64,000 bases of DNA, from contig CAZNTG010000009.1 in the NCBI GenBank assembly GCA_964575955.1, positions 1-64,000 on the forward strand, read 5' to 3'. The position numbers and the translations under genes were made by a program. Shown here one piece after another: positions 28,547 to 37,648 of the stretch. Each line of letters begins with the position of its first letter. Position 1 is the stretch's first letter. The DNA comes from an uncultured Thermoproteaceae archaeon (GTDB lineage: Archaea; Thermoproteota; Thermoprotei; Thermoproteales; Thermocladiaceae). The notes under the pieces are model-generated. The model was not told where the DNA came from and searched no databases. It saw only the letters and a list, made by a program, of their open reading frames with translations.

Positions 28547-28573
28547 ACCACCAAACTAAAACTCAATAAAGAA

Positions 28574-28720
28574 GGGCCCGTAGCTCAGCCTGGATAGAGC
28601 GGCGGCCTGCGGAGCGCAAAAGGCCGAGAGGGGCGTGAACAAGAAACATACAACCGCCCCTCCGGCCAACAAAACGCAGAAAGCCGTAGGTCCCGGGTTC
28701 AAATCCCGGCGGGCCCGCCA
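28574..28720 (+). tRNA. tRNA-Arg(GCG) with 69-nt intron at 37/38 (28613-28681); CCA encoded
   Basis: Acceptor GGGCCCG/CGGGCCC, D arm GCTC/GAGC, anticodon arm GCGGC-CT-GCG-G|A-GCCGT, T arm CCGGG-TTCAAAT-CCCGG; BHB helix CTGC/GCAG with 3-nt bulges GGA and AAA. Confidence 0.96.
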
Positions 28721-28754
28721 CAACAATCTTCACAACTTCAAAAATCAACTCAAG

Positions 28755-28806
28755 ATGATGAAACTTGCCCCCCGAGCGACCAAATGAGCACTACACCGAG
28801 CGCTGA
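28755..28806 (+). ncRNA. C/D box guide sRNA downstream of tRNA-Arg; predicted 16S rRNA target
   Basis: ATGATGA-AACTTGCCCCCCGA-GCGA-CCAA-ATGAGCA-CTACACCGAGCG-CTGA; ACTTGCCCCCCG complements crenarchaeal 16S CGGGGGGCAAGU (recalled consensus). Confidence 0.87.
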
Positions 28807-28842
28807 CAATTCCTTTTATATGTTAACTTGTTATTCTGGGCT

Positions 28843-29384
28843 CTAGGTTATTTTATTGAGAATTTCTACCAACTCGTCTACATACACTTTAAACCATGTA
28901 CTTCGTGGAAATGGTAAGGAAAAAATCTTATTTCCATTTACTACTTTCTCATTTTTCAACTGCTCAATTAAATCAGTTATCTTCCTGTAAACACCTTTTC
29001 CAACTATAATTATAAACTCAGGCCTATTTTTTCGAATAAAATCCCGAGACTTCGTTTTGCTTCCTCAAGTTCTATATTCTGTACACTATTAATTTTCTTT
29101 CCGGGTACCTCAAATATATCGTAGAGATAGCATCTAAATCCCATGAAATATTCTAAGAATTCTTGTTCATCTATCCCGAATACACTATTAAATGCACGGA
29201 AGGTTGCGAAGTAAAGTCGCGTATTCCTATTGTAAAAGAATCTTACCTTATTAAATTCTACATTATTTTGTTTAGGTGGTGACCCACCAACAAATAATAT
29301 TCTTATTCTTGATCCAAGCTTTCTAGGGTCATATGTTTCTCTTAACTCTTTTATCTTTTCTAATAGCGGTAAACTAACAGACAT
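28843..29384 (-). pseudogene. Frameshifted uracil-DNA-glycosylase-fold gene
   Basis: 5' part has ILFVGGSPP...FFY; a frame change near 29045 gives RDFIRKNRPEFIIIVGKGVYRKI...SLPFPRSTWFKVYVDELVEILNKIT* ending at 28843. Confidence 0.7.
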
Positions 29385-29568
29385 AGTAAGGTAGTACTAA
29401 GGGAACATATTAAAAAAAACCATCCCTGCAAAGGTGAGATAGAAGTACATAACTGTGCTATACAAACTCTAAATTTGATACTTAAGTCTCAAAGTCATTT
29501 AAGATACGGGTAAATTCTCTAGTTGAAGACAATTACACCTCACTTATGATGTGTTTGGTTAAAAACAA

Positions 29569-29646
29569 TGGAGCCCCGGCCGGGATTTGAACCCGGGACC
29601 TGCCGCTTACGAGGCGGCCGCTCTGACCGGGCTGAGCTACCGGGGC
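29569..29646 (-). tRNA. tRNA-Thr(CGT), no intron; CCA encoded
   Basis: Reverse strand GCCCCGG-TA-GCTC-AGCCCGGTCA-GAGC-G-GCCGC-CT-CGT-AA-GCGGC-AGGTC-CCGGG-TTCAAAT-CCCGG-CCGGGGC-TCCA. Confidence 0.97.
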
Positions 29647-29677
29647 TTTTTCTATATTCTCTCTAATTTATATTTCT

Positions 29678-31042
29678 CTATTTAAGTTTAACGTTGTCTT
29701 TTTGTAATAATTTTATTATTGAGTATATTAGTAGTATGTTATATGCTATTGCGCATGCTAGTGCGAAATATCCGAAGTTTGTGTATAGGAATTTCATGAA
29801 TTTTATCTCTGACATGCTTATTGGTCCTAGTAGTAGTGTTTTTAGTTGTTGTGGTAAGCCTAGTATACTTTTTGAAAATAATTTCTTTGCTGACCAATAT
29901 TTTAAATCTTCTACAATAAATATTCCTTTACCTAAGATTACTGCTGGAATATACATTAATGATGGATATATGATGTATGCAAATATTGTACATACTATGT
30001 ATAGTAGGTAGTATAGCTCGTCTTTAATTAGTAGTAGTAGGAGTGGTGCTACCCATATAAAATATCCTGGATTTCCAACTTTGTTGAAGAATATTAAGAG
30101 TATTATAGATATTATCATGTCGATTGTAAGTATCTTATTGAAGTATTGATCATCTATATGTTGCATATTTCTAATAAGCCATATACATCTAAACACTATG
30201 AATAGTATTAAAGCTATTAAATATACAGGTTCCCACAACCATTTAAATATTGGTATGAGTAGTTTATAGTTTGTAATTATCTGAGGCATATTCCAAATAC
30301 TTAAATCTTGCGGAAATCTCTTAGCATGAAATAGTATTGCTTTTTGAATAAACATCTTTGGACTAACTATTAGGTATGGTATTACGAATATTGCTACTGT
30401 ACCTACAAAACCTGTAGTGAATAGTAGTAATTTTCTAAATCTCTTCCTAATTATTGAGTAGAAGAGGTATGGTATATATGCTACAAGTACTGCCTGCTTA
30501 TACAGTGTTGCAATTCCTAAACATATACCAGCTAGGAAACTTCTACCTCTCCACTCTAGTAGTACTGTAAGTAGTAGAAATAGTGCTGTAATTATATCAA
30601 ACTGTAATGCCCATATATTACTATATGTTGGTAATGTAAACATCCACAATATCGCTACACTAGGCCCAACTCTACGATACAGTATGTATGCTATTAACAG
30701 CGCTGATATTATCATTGGAAGCTTTGTCAAAAGTCTAGTTAAGTATATAGGTTTTGAGAGATGGAAAGTATTTACAATATATATAGCAGACTTGTACAAT
30801 AGTACGAATGTTATAGGTGCTAATGGAAAATATGCACATTTAGGTGCATAGTAGACATGTAGTAAACCATATTGAGCCCATTTAATAAACCATTGAACAT
30901 CATACCAATTCCATCCACTTACAGCAGCTCCCAATATTATCAATGTGAAAGCTATGTATATTATAGCAAATTTCCAACCTCTAACATTATTATCAACATA
31001 ATGTATAAAACTTCTTAAAGAATTTCTAAACTTCTCAAACAT
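29678..31042 (-). CDS. Polytopic GT-C fold glycosyltransferase (GT87/PIG-M-like)
   Basis: Multiple TM helices; YD in first loop, Y.PL, K.P.I, W..QFD, G.ATLYKQ, NKVGNPGY..W. Confidence 0.75.
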   Translation of the reverse strand: MFEKFRNSLRSFIHYVDNNVRGWKFAIIYIAFTLIILGAAVSGWNWYDVQWFIKWAQYGLLHVYYAPKCAYFPLAPITFVLLYKSAIYIVNTFHLSKPIYLTRLLTKLPMIISALLIAYILYRRVGPSVAILWMFTLPTYSNIWALQFDIITALFLLLTVLLEWRGRSFLAGICLGIATLYKQAVLVAYIPYLFYSIIRKRFRKLLLFTTGFVGTVAIFVIPYLIVSPKMFIQKAILFHAKRFPQDLSIWNMPQIITNYKLLIPIFKWLWEPVYLIALILFIVFRCIWLIRNMQHIDDQYFNKILTIDMIISIILLIFFNKVGNPGYFIWVAPLLLLLIKDELYYLLYIVCTIFAYIIYPSLMYIPAVILGKGIFIVEDLKYWSAKKLFSKSILGLPQQLKTLLLGPISMSEIKFMKFLYTNFGYFALACAIAYNILLIYSIIKLLQKDNVKLK

Positions 31043-31044
31043 AG

Positions 31045-31995
31045 TTACTGACCTTTCTTACGTTTCCATACAAATCTATCACTTATAAGATAATTTGCTA
31101 AAAAGCCTAATGCAATACCTATCAAGTTTGCATCATAACTCATGCCAAACAATATGTTTAGTAGTACTAGAACTACATAATTTACTAATGCTCCAACACC
31201 AACTGCTATATGGTATTTTCCAAATCTTATAAATTTAGATTTCAAATCTCTACTAAGTATCTTCTTTCTAAATGTCCAAATTTCATGAAGTGTGAAGTTA
31301 TTAATTATGGAAAATTCTATAGCAAGTAGTCCTGCTATAAATACTGGTAAAGCTAAAATTCCATGAAGTAGAAAGAGCATACCTTCATTCACAACTACTC
31401 CAATACTTCCAACAAGGGCAAATTTTAATGGTCTATAATCAGACTGTTTTAATACTTCTAAAACTCTTGTAAGTATATCTCTAAAACTTACCTTATCATA
31501 AACTTCATCTGTTATACTTATATCAAGATTAAGTTTACAAATCTTTAAACCTGATAGAGAGAGTTCTGAAGTTATTATAGAGGATGAAAATGCTAGACAA
31601 CATGATAATAATTTTCTAAATGCTTCATGTCTAAATGCTACTACTTCAAATAGAAATTCATCAGATTTACACACATCAGGAATGAATAATGATAGTATTT
31701 TACCAATACCTATAGATAATGCATGTTTAATTTTATTTAATATTTTTCTGCACCTAACTCTAGGTCTAATTTTTATAAGAACAGCATCATAGCCTTGTGA
31801 TAATGCTTTATTAGCATGTTCTAGAATATCTCTATGATTTGAAAGATCTTGAACTATAGGATTATTTGACATTAATATTATTCCTCTAGGAATGTAAAAT
31901 CTTGATATTACTCTAATGTTAGTATATCTCAATATCCTGTAGAGATCTCTAAGAGTATCTGGATTAGCTATTAGCAATACTCCATTATTTGGCAT
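31045..31995 (-). CDS. GtrA-family protein fused to a degenerate GT2-like N-terminal domain
   Basis: KFALVGSIGVVVN, A.E.SIINNF.LHE.WTFR, NY..S..FVW; N-terminus has no recognisable DxD motif. Confidence 0.75.
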   Translation of the reverse strand: MPNNGVLLIANPDTLRDLYRILRYTNIRVISRFYIPRGIILMSNNPIVQDLSNHRDILEHANKALSQGYDAVLIKIRPRVRCRKILNKIKHALSIGIGKILSLFIPDVCKSDEFLFEVVAFRHEAFRKLLSCCLAFSSSIITSELSLSGLKICKLNLDISITDEVYDKVSFRDILTRVLEVLKQSDYRPLKFALVGSIGVVVNEGMLFLLHGILALPVFIAGLLAIEFSIINNFTLHEIWTFRKKILSRDLKSKFIRFGKYHIAVGVGALVNYVVLVLLNILFGMSYDANLIGIALGFLANYLISDRFVWKRKKGQ

Positions 31996-32077
31996 GAATT
32001 AGGTATATCGTATAGAAAGTCTAGCTTATTTATGTTACCCTTAGAATACTAGGTTTTACCTTCTGATATACTCCCTA

Positions 32078-33124
32078 TCACACTCCCCTAAGTTGCAGTA
32101 GTTCTTCAGGTTTTAACTTTCTAATGTCTATACCTACCATAGCTTTACTCTCAGTAACCATCTTCTGTGCTTCAACTACAGTCTCTGGATCATCCCAATA
32201 TGATGTTGCTAGTACTATAGCTTCAGCTCTTGTTTGTGGATCTTCAGATTTGAATATTCCAGAACCTACAAATACACCATCAGCTCCAAGCCACATCATT
32301 AGTGCTGCATCTGCTGGTGTTGCTATTCCTCCAGCTGCGAAGTTTACTACTGGTAATCTTCCAAGTTTCGCTGTTAACCATACAAGTTCTGGAGGTACTT
32401 GATACTTTCTAGCCATTTCTCTAATAAATTCTTCATCATCTACATGTGCTGACAGTATTCTTATCTCTCTATTTATAATCTTCATGTGACGTACTGCTTC
32501 AGCGACATTTCCTGTACCTGCCTCACCCTTAGTTCTAATCATTGATGCACCTTCACTAATTCTTCTAAGTGCTTCACCAAGATCACGTGCACCATTTACA
32601 AATGGTACTTTAAACTCCCACTTGTTGATGTGATGTTGCTCATCTACAGGTGTTAATACTTCACTCTCATCTATAAGATCAACACCTATAGTTTCAAGTA
32701 TTTTAGCTTCCATGTAGTGTCCAATTCTGCATTTTGCACTTACAGGAATTGTTATTGTCTCCATAACTTTCAAAATTGCTTTAACATCAGCCATTCTAGC
32801 AACACCACCAGCTTTTCTAACATCGTATGGTAGCTTGTCTAGAACCATGACACCTACAGCACCAGCTTCTTCAGCTATCTTTGCCTGTTCTTCATTAGTT
32901 ACATCCATTATAACTCCATGCTTAACCATTGTTGGAAAGCCAATCTTAACTCTAACAGTACCAACTTCAGGAAATGTCAACTCTGTAACTATTGGAAATT
33001 CTGGAAGTGGTTTAGGTCCTAGAGTTGGTTTACCCTCCTCTTTTAATCTATCATTAAGCTCTAACAACCTGTAGAAGAAGTCTTTCAATCTCTCCAAATA
33101 CTCTACCGAATCTACTATCGACAT
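32078..33124 (-). CDS. pdxS: Pyridoxal 5'-phosphate synthase, lyase subunit
   Basis: [47 protein letters not shown]; ATG 33124 preferred. Confidence 0.97.
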   Translation of the reverse strand: MSIVDSVEYLERLKDFFYRLLELNDRLKEEGKPTLGPKPLPEFPIVTELTFPEVGTVRVKIGFPTMVKHGVIMDVTNEEQAKIAEEAGAVGVMVLDKLPYDVRKAGGVARMADVKAILKVMETITIPVSAKCRIGHYMEAKILETIGVDLIDESEVLTPVDEQHHINKWEFKVPFVNGARDLGEALRRISEGASMIRTKGEAGTGNVAEAVRHMKIINREIRILSAHVDDEEFIREMARKYQVPPELVWLTAKLGRLPVVNFAAGGIATPADAALMMWLGADGVFVGSGIFKSEDPQTRAEAIVLATSYWDDPETVVEAQKMVTESKAMVGIDIRKLKPEELLQLRGV

Positions 33125-33177
33125 AATTACCGAAGATAGAGAAACTAAGTCAGTTTTAAAGTTTCCATGAAACATAT

Positions 33178-33753
33178 ATGTGCATGCAACTACAAGTCGT
33201 TGTAAGATGGCCTAGAGAAATTGAACTTGAAGATGGAAGATTGCTAAATCTCGATAATGAAGATGAAATTACTAGCCAAAGACTTGCATGTCTAATATCT
33301 AAAGAAGATGTTGAAAATGCATACGAGATATTCAAAAATTTAGGATTTAAGAGAGTACCAGCATTACCACTAGGAGAGAAGTATAGTATTGCTAAACAGG
33401 TAAATGATATTTTTGAATTTCATATTAGAATATTTGATAGTGGTCTAATACTCTCAGAGATTGAAATATCTAGAAAATTTATAGAACACATATTTACATA
33501 TTCAATAAATGCATCGTTAGAAGTTAAAGAAATTTTAGAGAAACATGGAATTAAGACAACGTTAATATATCGTGGTAATATTGTTAAGAGAGTTATCAAA
33601 ATTGTAGAACTTGAAATTAGGTATGATGGTGATGTTCACACATATGGTTCAATCATTAGAGAATTTATGAAAGGTTTCTTAGAAAATATACCTAGACTTC
33701 ATATATTTTCCTTCCTTCAGCAATTATTAAGATTGGATAAGCATCAAACTTAG
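33178..33753 (+). CDS. Hypothetical protein
   Basis: 191-aa ORF; FHIR...SE.EISR...EH pattern; function unknown. Confidence 0.65.
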   Translation: MCMQLQVVVRWPREIELEDGRLLNLDNEDEITSQRLACLISKEDVENAYEIFKNLGFKRVPALPLGEKYSIAKQVNDIFEFHIRIFDSGLILSEIEISRKFIEHIFTYSINASLEVKEILEKHGIKTTLIYRGNIVKRVIKIVELEIRYDGDVHTYGSIIREFMKGFLENIPRLHIFSFLQQLLRLDKHQT

Positions 33754-34876
33754 TCAGATCATCATTCCAAACGACAAAACTTGCTAATTTACCAACATCT
33801 ATACTTCCCAAATCCTTATCAATATTCAATATAATTGCAGGTTCTAACGTTATCAATCTTATAGCTTCTTCAAACTTCATACCAAACATTGTAAAAAATC
33901 TTAATTGAAGTAGCAGATTTCTCTGTAGAACAACTGGATGATCAGACATGACTGCAAGCGGGTATGGTCTAATCTCTACAAGATATTTAATATTTCTCCA
34001 TGAGAAATGTTTCAACTCAGTCTTATATGGAAATGAATCTATAGGACCATATACTAGAGGTATGTTCTTATCTTTCAAAATCTTAAATATGTATGGATCA
34101 TTAACATCAAGTGCATGTTCTATTGTAAATTTAATATTAAACTCTTCACAAAGTTTAATTGCTACTAAGATATCGTCAGACTTATGTACATGAATTCTCA
34201 AATACTCTTCACCTTTCAAGACAGGAAATAGTGCTCTAATATCAGGATCTATCTCTTCAATATCCTTCTTACCCTTTTCTACAAGCTTTAAACTATCAAG
34301 AGCTTTTAGTAAGGTCTTCCTCAATATTGCATATGACCCCATTCTAGTACTAGGTCTCGTACCTCTCCATCTAGTAACACTTCTGGGATTATAACCAAAT
34401 GCTACCTTAAGACCTACATACTTTATAAATGCTCTACTTATATCACTTTCATAATTTTTTATTAAAACTCCTCTACCACCAATAATATTGCCACTTCCAG
34501 GAAGTATGCATGAATATAGAACTCCAAACTCTACGGATTCTCTAAATGATGGATCATCCATATATATGCTAGCTAAAGCGTCAGCTAGTGGTACAACACT
34601 ATCCATATGTTCATTAACTTCCTCCTCTTCTGATGGTTCTCCAGCTCTAGCCATTCCTATGTGAGAGTGTGCGTCTATAGATGCTGGAGTGATAACGCAT
34701 CTATCATATTCATAAACTTCTTCAACATCTTTAGGCTTCTCTCTAGTTATAGAAACTATCCTATCTCCATTCCATACTATGTATACATCTTCAAGTACAT
34801 CACCACGACCTGTATATACCTTACTTGCTTTAATACATTTCATAACATCTATAATATATTTTGTAGAATTTTTCAT
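33692..34876 (-). CDS. Metal-dependent amidohydrolase (imidazolonepropionase-like superfamily)
   Basis: IDAHSHIG, PGSGNIIGG, K.AFG.NP, HVH, EH, SDHPV, GSI.VGK.A. Confidence 0.9.
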   Translation of the reverse strand: MKNSTKYIIDVMKCIKASKVYTGRGDVLEDVYIVWNGDRIVSITREKPKDVEEVYEYDRCVITPASIDAHSHIGMARAGEPSEEEEVNEHMDSVVPLADALASIYMDDPSFRESVEFGVLYSCILPGSGNIIGGRGVLIKNYESDISRAFIKYVGLKVAFGYNPRSVTRWRGTRPSTRMGSYAILRKTLLKALDSLKLVEKGKKDIEEIDPDIRALFPVLKGEEYLRIHVHKSDDILVAIKLCEEFNIKFTIEHALDVNDPYIFKILKDKNIPLVYGPIDSFPYKTELKHFSWRNIKYLVEIRPYPLAVMSDHPVVLQRNLLLQLRFFTMFGMKFEEAIRLITLEPAIILNIDKDLGSIDVGKLASFVVWNDDLTKFDAYPILIIAEGRKIYEV

Positions 34877-34878
34877 AA

Positions 34879-35373
34879 TTATCTTCTAATCATTTCTATA
34901 CAGGAATGATCTATAACTTTAACTAGATCTAAAGTCCACATAAACCTAGATCTTGAAGGTATTAACTCTTCATCAAATATGAGGAGAGGATCGTAATCTC
35001 TAGACACAACTATACACTTATAACCTCTATTAACATAATCTCTACACATATATGCAGCCTTGATCTCAGCCGGCATATCTCTTGAAAGCACATACTCTAT
35101 ACATAGATCTTCAAGTATTTTACGATATCTATCTGAAATTTTAATATGACTCTCCTTCCAGTAGTCTAATACAACTATTACTCTAGCTTTAATAATACCG
35201 AGCTGCTGTGCTATTGATAAGTTCTTTAGGAATTCTGTAGGATTTTTTAAACCATACACTATCGATGGTAGGTCTATTATTACTATATCATATTCATTAC
35301 ATGCATCTGTTAATGTCATCTTTCTAACTCTTTTAATACATTTCAATATTTTCCTTCTAATCTTAGGATCCAC
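34879..35373 (-). CDS. PIN-fold-like hypothetical protein
   Basis: IIDLPSI, VVLD, PAE..AA, IVVSRDYD acidic residue pattern. Confidence 0.5.
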   Translation of the reverse strand: MDPKIRRKILKCIKRVRKMTLTDACNEYDIVIIDLPSIVYGLKNPTEFLKNLSIAQQLGIIKARVIVVLDYWKESHIKISDRYRKILEDLCIEYVLSRDMPAEIKAAYMCRDYVNRGYKCIVVSRDYDPLLIFDEELIPSRSRFMWTLDLVKVIDHSCIEMIRR

Positions 35374-35413
35374 AATTTTCAGGTTTTCAAAATTGAGATA
35401 AGTTAATCGTTTA

Positions 35414-35980
35414 CTATATCATTCTTCTGAGAAGTTCATTTATTGCAATACCTCTATAGCCAAGATCGCCACCTACTGTGTAGTGTTTCTTAACACTCTT
35501 TAATCCACCTCTAGGTGGGTGTAGTCTGAAGAATGGTTTTAGCTTTGGAATACACATTACTCTACCATTCTTCTTTGGTAGTGGCTTATCTTCAGGACAC
35601 CACAATCTTTCAACCTCACCAACTATGTATGCTAGTGCAAATTCTTCAATACTATTCCAACCATACTTCTTCAAGTAGTCGTCTGTTAATGGTTTATCTC
35701 CTATAAGTCTACCTCTCCTTCTTAACAATTCTGCAAGAGTATCAGCATCTATCTCTCCCCAAGTTACCCAATCTTGAACTACTCTCAACATTCCTAAGTA
35801 TGCTGGTCTTGAGTCAATTACAACACATGTAAATCTTCTCCTAAGTCTTAATAGGTATAGTGTATGTTCAACATCTGGTGGTGTGTCAGGTATTCCTCTC
35901 AATCTTATAACTGCAATTCTTGGATATGTCTTAGATATGTTAGACATATCTACACCAGTCACTGTTGCCGTAGTTGACAT
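35414..35980 (-). CDS. rpl30: 50S ribosomal protein L30 (uL30)
   Basis: [42 protein letters not shown]. Confidence 0.97.
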   Translation of the reverse strand: MSTTATVTGVDMSNISKTYPRIAVIRLRGIPDTPPDVEHTLYLLRLRRRFTCVVIDSRPAYLGMLRVVQDWVTWGEIDADTLAELLRRRGRLIGDKPLTDDYLKKYGWNSIEEFALAYIVGEVERLWCPEDKPLPKKNGRVMCIPKLKPFFRLHPPRGGLKSVKKHYTVGGDLGYRGIAINELLRRMI

Positions 35981-36041
35981 TGTTAGACACTTGGTATTGA
36001 AGACAGTTTATAAATATTCTTCTAACTATATATGATATAGA

Positions 36042-36092
36042 TTGATGAGAGGGGACCTCGACCGAGAGATGAGGTTATTCGCTGGGTACTGA
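36042..36092 (+). ncRNA. C/D box guide sRNA, partly antisense to the 3' end of cobT
   Basis: TTGATGA-GAGGGGACCTCGA-CCGA-GAGATGA-GGTTATTCGCTGGGTA-CTGA; TTTATAAA ~30 bp upstream. Confidence 0.72.
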
Positions 36093-37163
36093 TTTAAAAA
36101 TCTTCTCATACTCTTCCTCAACTTTTGACAATATCTCACTTTTAGAAAAACCTCTTAACAATGTTGTGACAAGCATACCTCCCATACCAACACCCTCCTT
36201 AACAAAACCTTCATCATATGCCTTAAGACCAGGATATTTAGATTCTGATAGTGAGAATTCCGAAATTAGTAGCGCATAGTTATTCCATATCTCTGATAGA
36301 AGACCTATCATATCTGACTGTCTATCATATACTAACCATCTAGTTGTTGCAATTTCAAGAAACTCAGGATCTAGATTGAAGTCTAATTTCCTAAGTATTG
36401 ATACTACAGCACACATCTGAGTACCACCTGCAAGTAGTACTCTACATCCAGAATCTACAATGCCAATAGTCAACCCTGCAAGTGCTATATGTACAGGATC
36501 TCCAACAGCTGAGACTGCCTGTAGAGGATCTTCAAATACTTCAACTCCAGCTCTACGAATTGCCTCTCTAACAACTCTACATTTCAACTCTATCGGATTA
36601 TTTGGAGAAGCACTTGAAACTCTACCCCAAGCATTAAATCCAAGTGCTACCATTATAGCCATTGCTGTTGTTGTTCCAGCTGGAATAGATTCTCCAAGAA
36701 TAACAATGTCAAAATTAGAACCTAGAAATTTTCCTACATTAATAGCGTTGTGAAATATCCTTCTACACACCTCAATATCGAGAGCATTACCTGTTCTAAT
36801 ATCACGACCAGGCATGCCTCTCAAATCTATGTAAGGTATGTTTGGGAGAACTCTACATCCAGAATTTACAACGATAGTAGGAATCTTAGTCAATAATATG
36901 CATGCTCTAGATATCAATGCTGGTGTAGGTTTACCATCAGGAGTTACTGGTGGTGTAGGTATTACATAACACTTACCATCTATGAGAAATTCAACATCTG
37001 CAGCAGGTGTGTAATGTGTAAGTTCAGGACTTGCACCAGCAATAGTTATACCTGGAATTAAACTTGTATCTGTAGTTCCAATAACTACAACAAATACAGC
37101 ATCACCACTCTTCAATACATCTACAAATCTCTGAGATACATTACCAACAAACTTCACAGACAT
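36075..37163 (-). CDS. cobT: Archaeal NaMN:base phosphoribosyltransferase (CobT-like; cobamide lower-ligand activation)
   Basis: IPGIT.AGA...T..TP.AD.E, GESIPAGTTTA, VSS.SP.NP, VGDP, LAGGTQM, VKEGVG.GG. Confidence 0.9.
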   Translation of the reverse strand: MSVKFVGNVSQRFVDVLKSGDAVFVVVIGTTDTSLIPGITIAGASPELTHYTPAADVEFLIDGKCYVIPTPPVTPDGKPTPALISRACILLTKIPTIVVNSGCRVLPNIPYIDLRGMPGRDIRTGNALDIEVCRRIFHNAINVGKFLGSNFDIVILGESIPAGTTTAMAIMVALGFNAWGRVSSASPNNPIELKCRVVREAIRRAGVEVFEDPLQAVSAVGDPVHIALAGLTIGIVDSGCRVLLAGGTQMCAVVSILRKLDFNLDPEFLEIATTRWLVYDRQSDMIGLLSEIWNNYALLISEFSLSESKYPGLKAYDEGFVKEGVGMGGMLVTTLLRGFSKSEILSKVEEEYEKIFKSVPSE

Positions 37164-37213
37164 AACTTCAAGATGAAACTAGGCAAAAAACATTAAAATA
37201 TATTACTCGCCAT

Positions 37214-37432
37214 GTGAAAAATATGATAAAGTGCAAATTCTGTGGAAAAACATTCGAATCATATGGAGACTTCATACTACACATAAAGAGAGAATGTAAA
37301 TATGTTCCAAAAACTAGAAGATGTCCAATATGTGGAATGAAATTCAGATCAATAAGACTATGCAAACTACATATGGTAAATGCAGCACTACAAGATGTAA
37401 ATCATAGAAACTACATAATAGCAATATCCTAA
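37214..37432 (+). CDS. Small C2H2-type zinc-finger protein
   Basis: CKFCGKTF...LHIKREC and CPICGMKF...KLHM...H. Confidence 0.75.
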   Translation: MKNMIKCKFCGKTFESYGDFILHIKRECKYVPKTRRCPICGMKFRSIRLCKLHMVNAALQDVNHRNYIIAIS

Positions 37433-37433
37433 A

Positions 37434-37482
37434 TCAGATCCAAGCGGTTACATCACCTTCAGAGAACCCCACTCTTCATCAT
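37434..37482 (-). ncRNA. C/D box guide sRNA with its own promoter
   Basis: Reverse strand ATGATGA-AGAGTGGGGTTCT-CTGA-AG-GTGATGT-AACCGCTTGGAT-CTGA; TTTATATA on the minus strand at 37506-37513. Confidence 0.9.
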
Positions 37483-37530
37483 CAAAAAACAATAACACTA
37501 CCAGATATATAAACTGCTAGCAATAATCTA

Positions 37531-37564
37531 GAAGTACATACTTCAAAACTGAAACAGCTGTTTC
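37531..37564. promoter_or_regulatory. Two 14-bp GAA-N8-TTC palindromes, candidate operator
   Basis: GAAGTAcaTACTTC 37531-37544 and GAAACAGCTGTTTC 37551-37564, 20 bp apart, upstream of the HerA-like gene. Confidence 0.4.
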
Positions 37565-37648
37565 GAATATGGAACAGATTTCGATGAAAACTTCAACATA
37601 GATCACTACTTAAATATTCCTGAATTAGGTTAGATACATGTATACCTC

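Noticed and set aside
28563-28748. 61-aa minus-strand ORF
   Set aside because: Antisense shadow of tRNA-Arg.
29410-29440. CATCCCTGCAAAGGTGAG resembling an IS200/IS605 end
   Set aside because: Too short and degenerate, with no clear hairpin and no tnpA/tnpB nearby.
28688-29601. 23-bp inverted repeat AGGTCCCGGGTTCAAATCCCGGC flanking the islet
   Set aside because: It is the shared variable loop/T arm of two complete convergent tRNAs, not an att site or transposon end.
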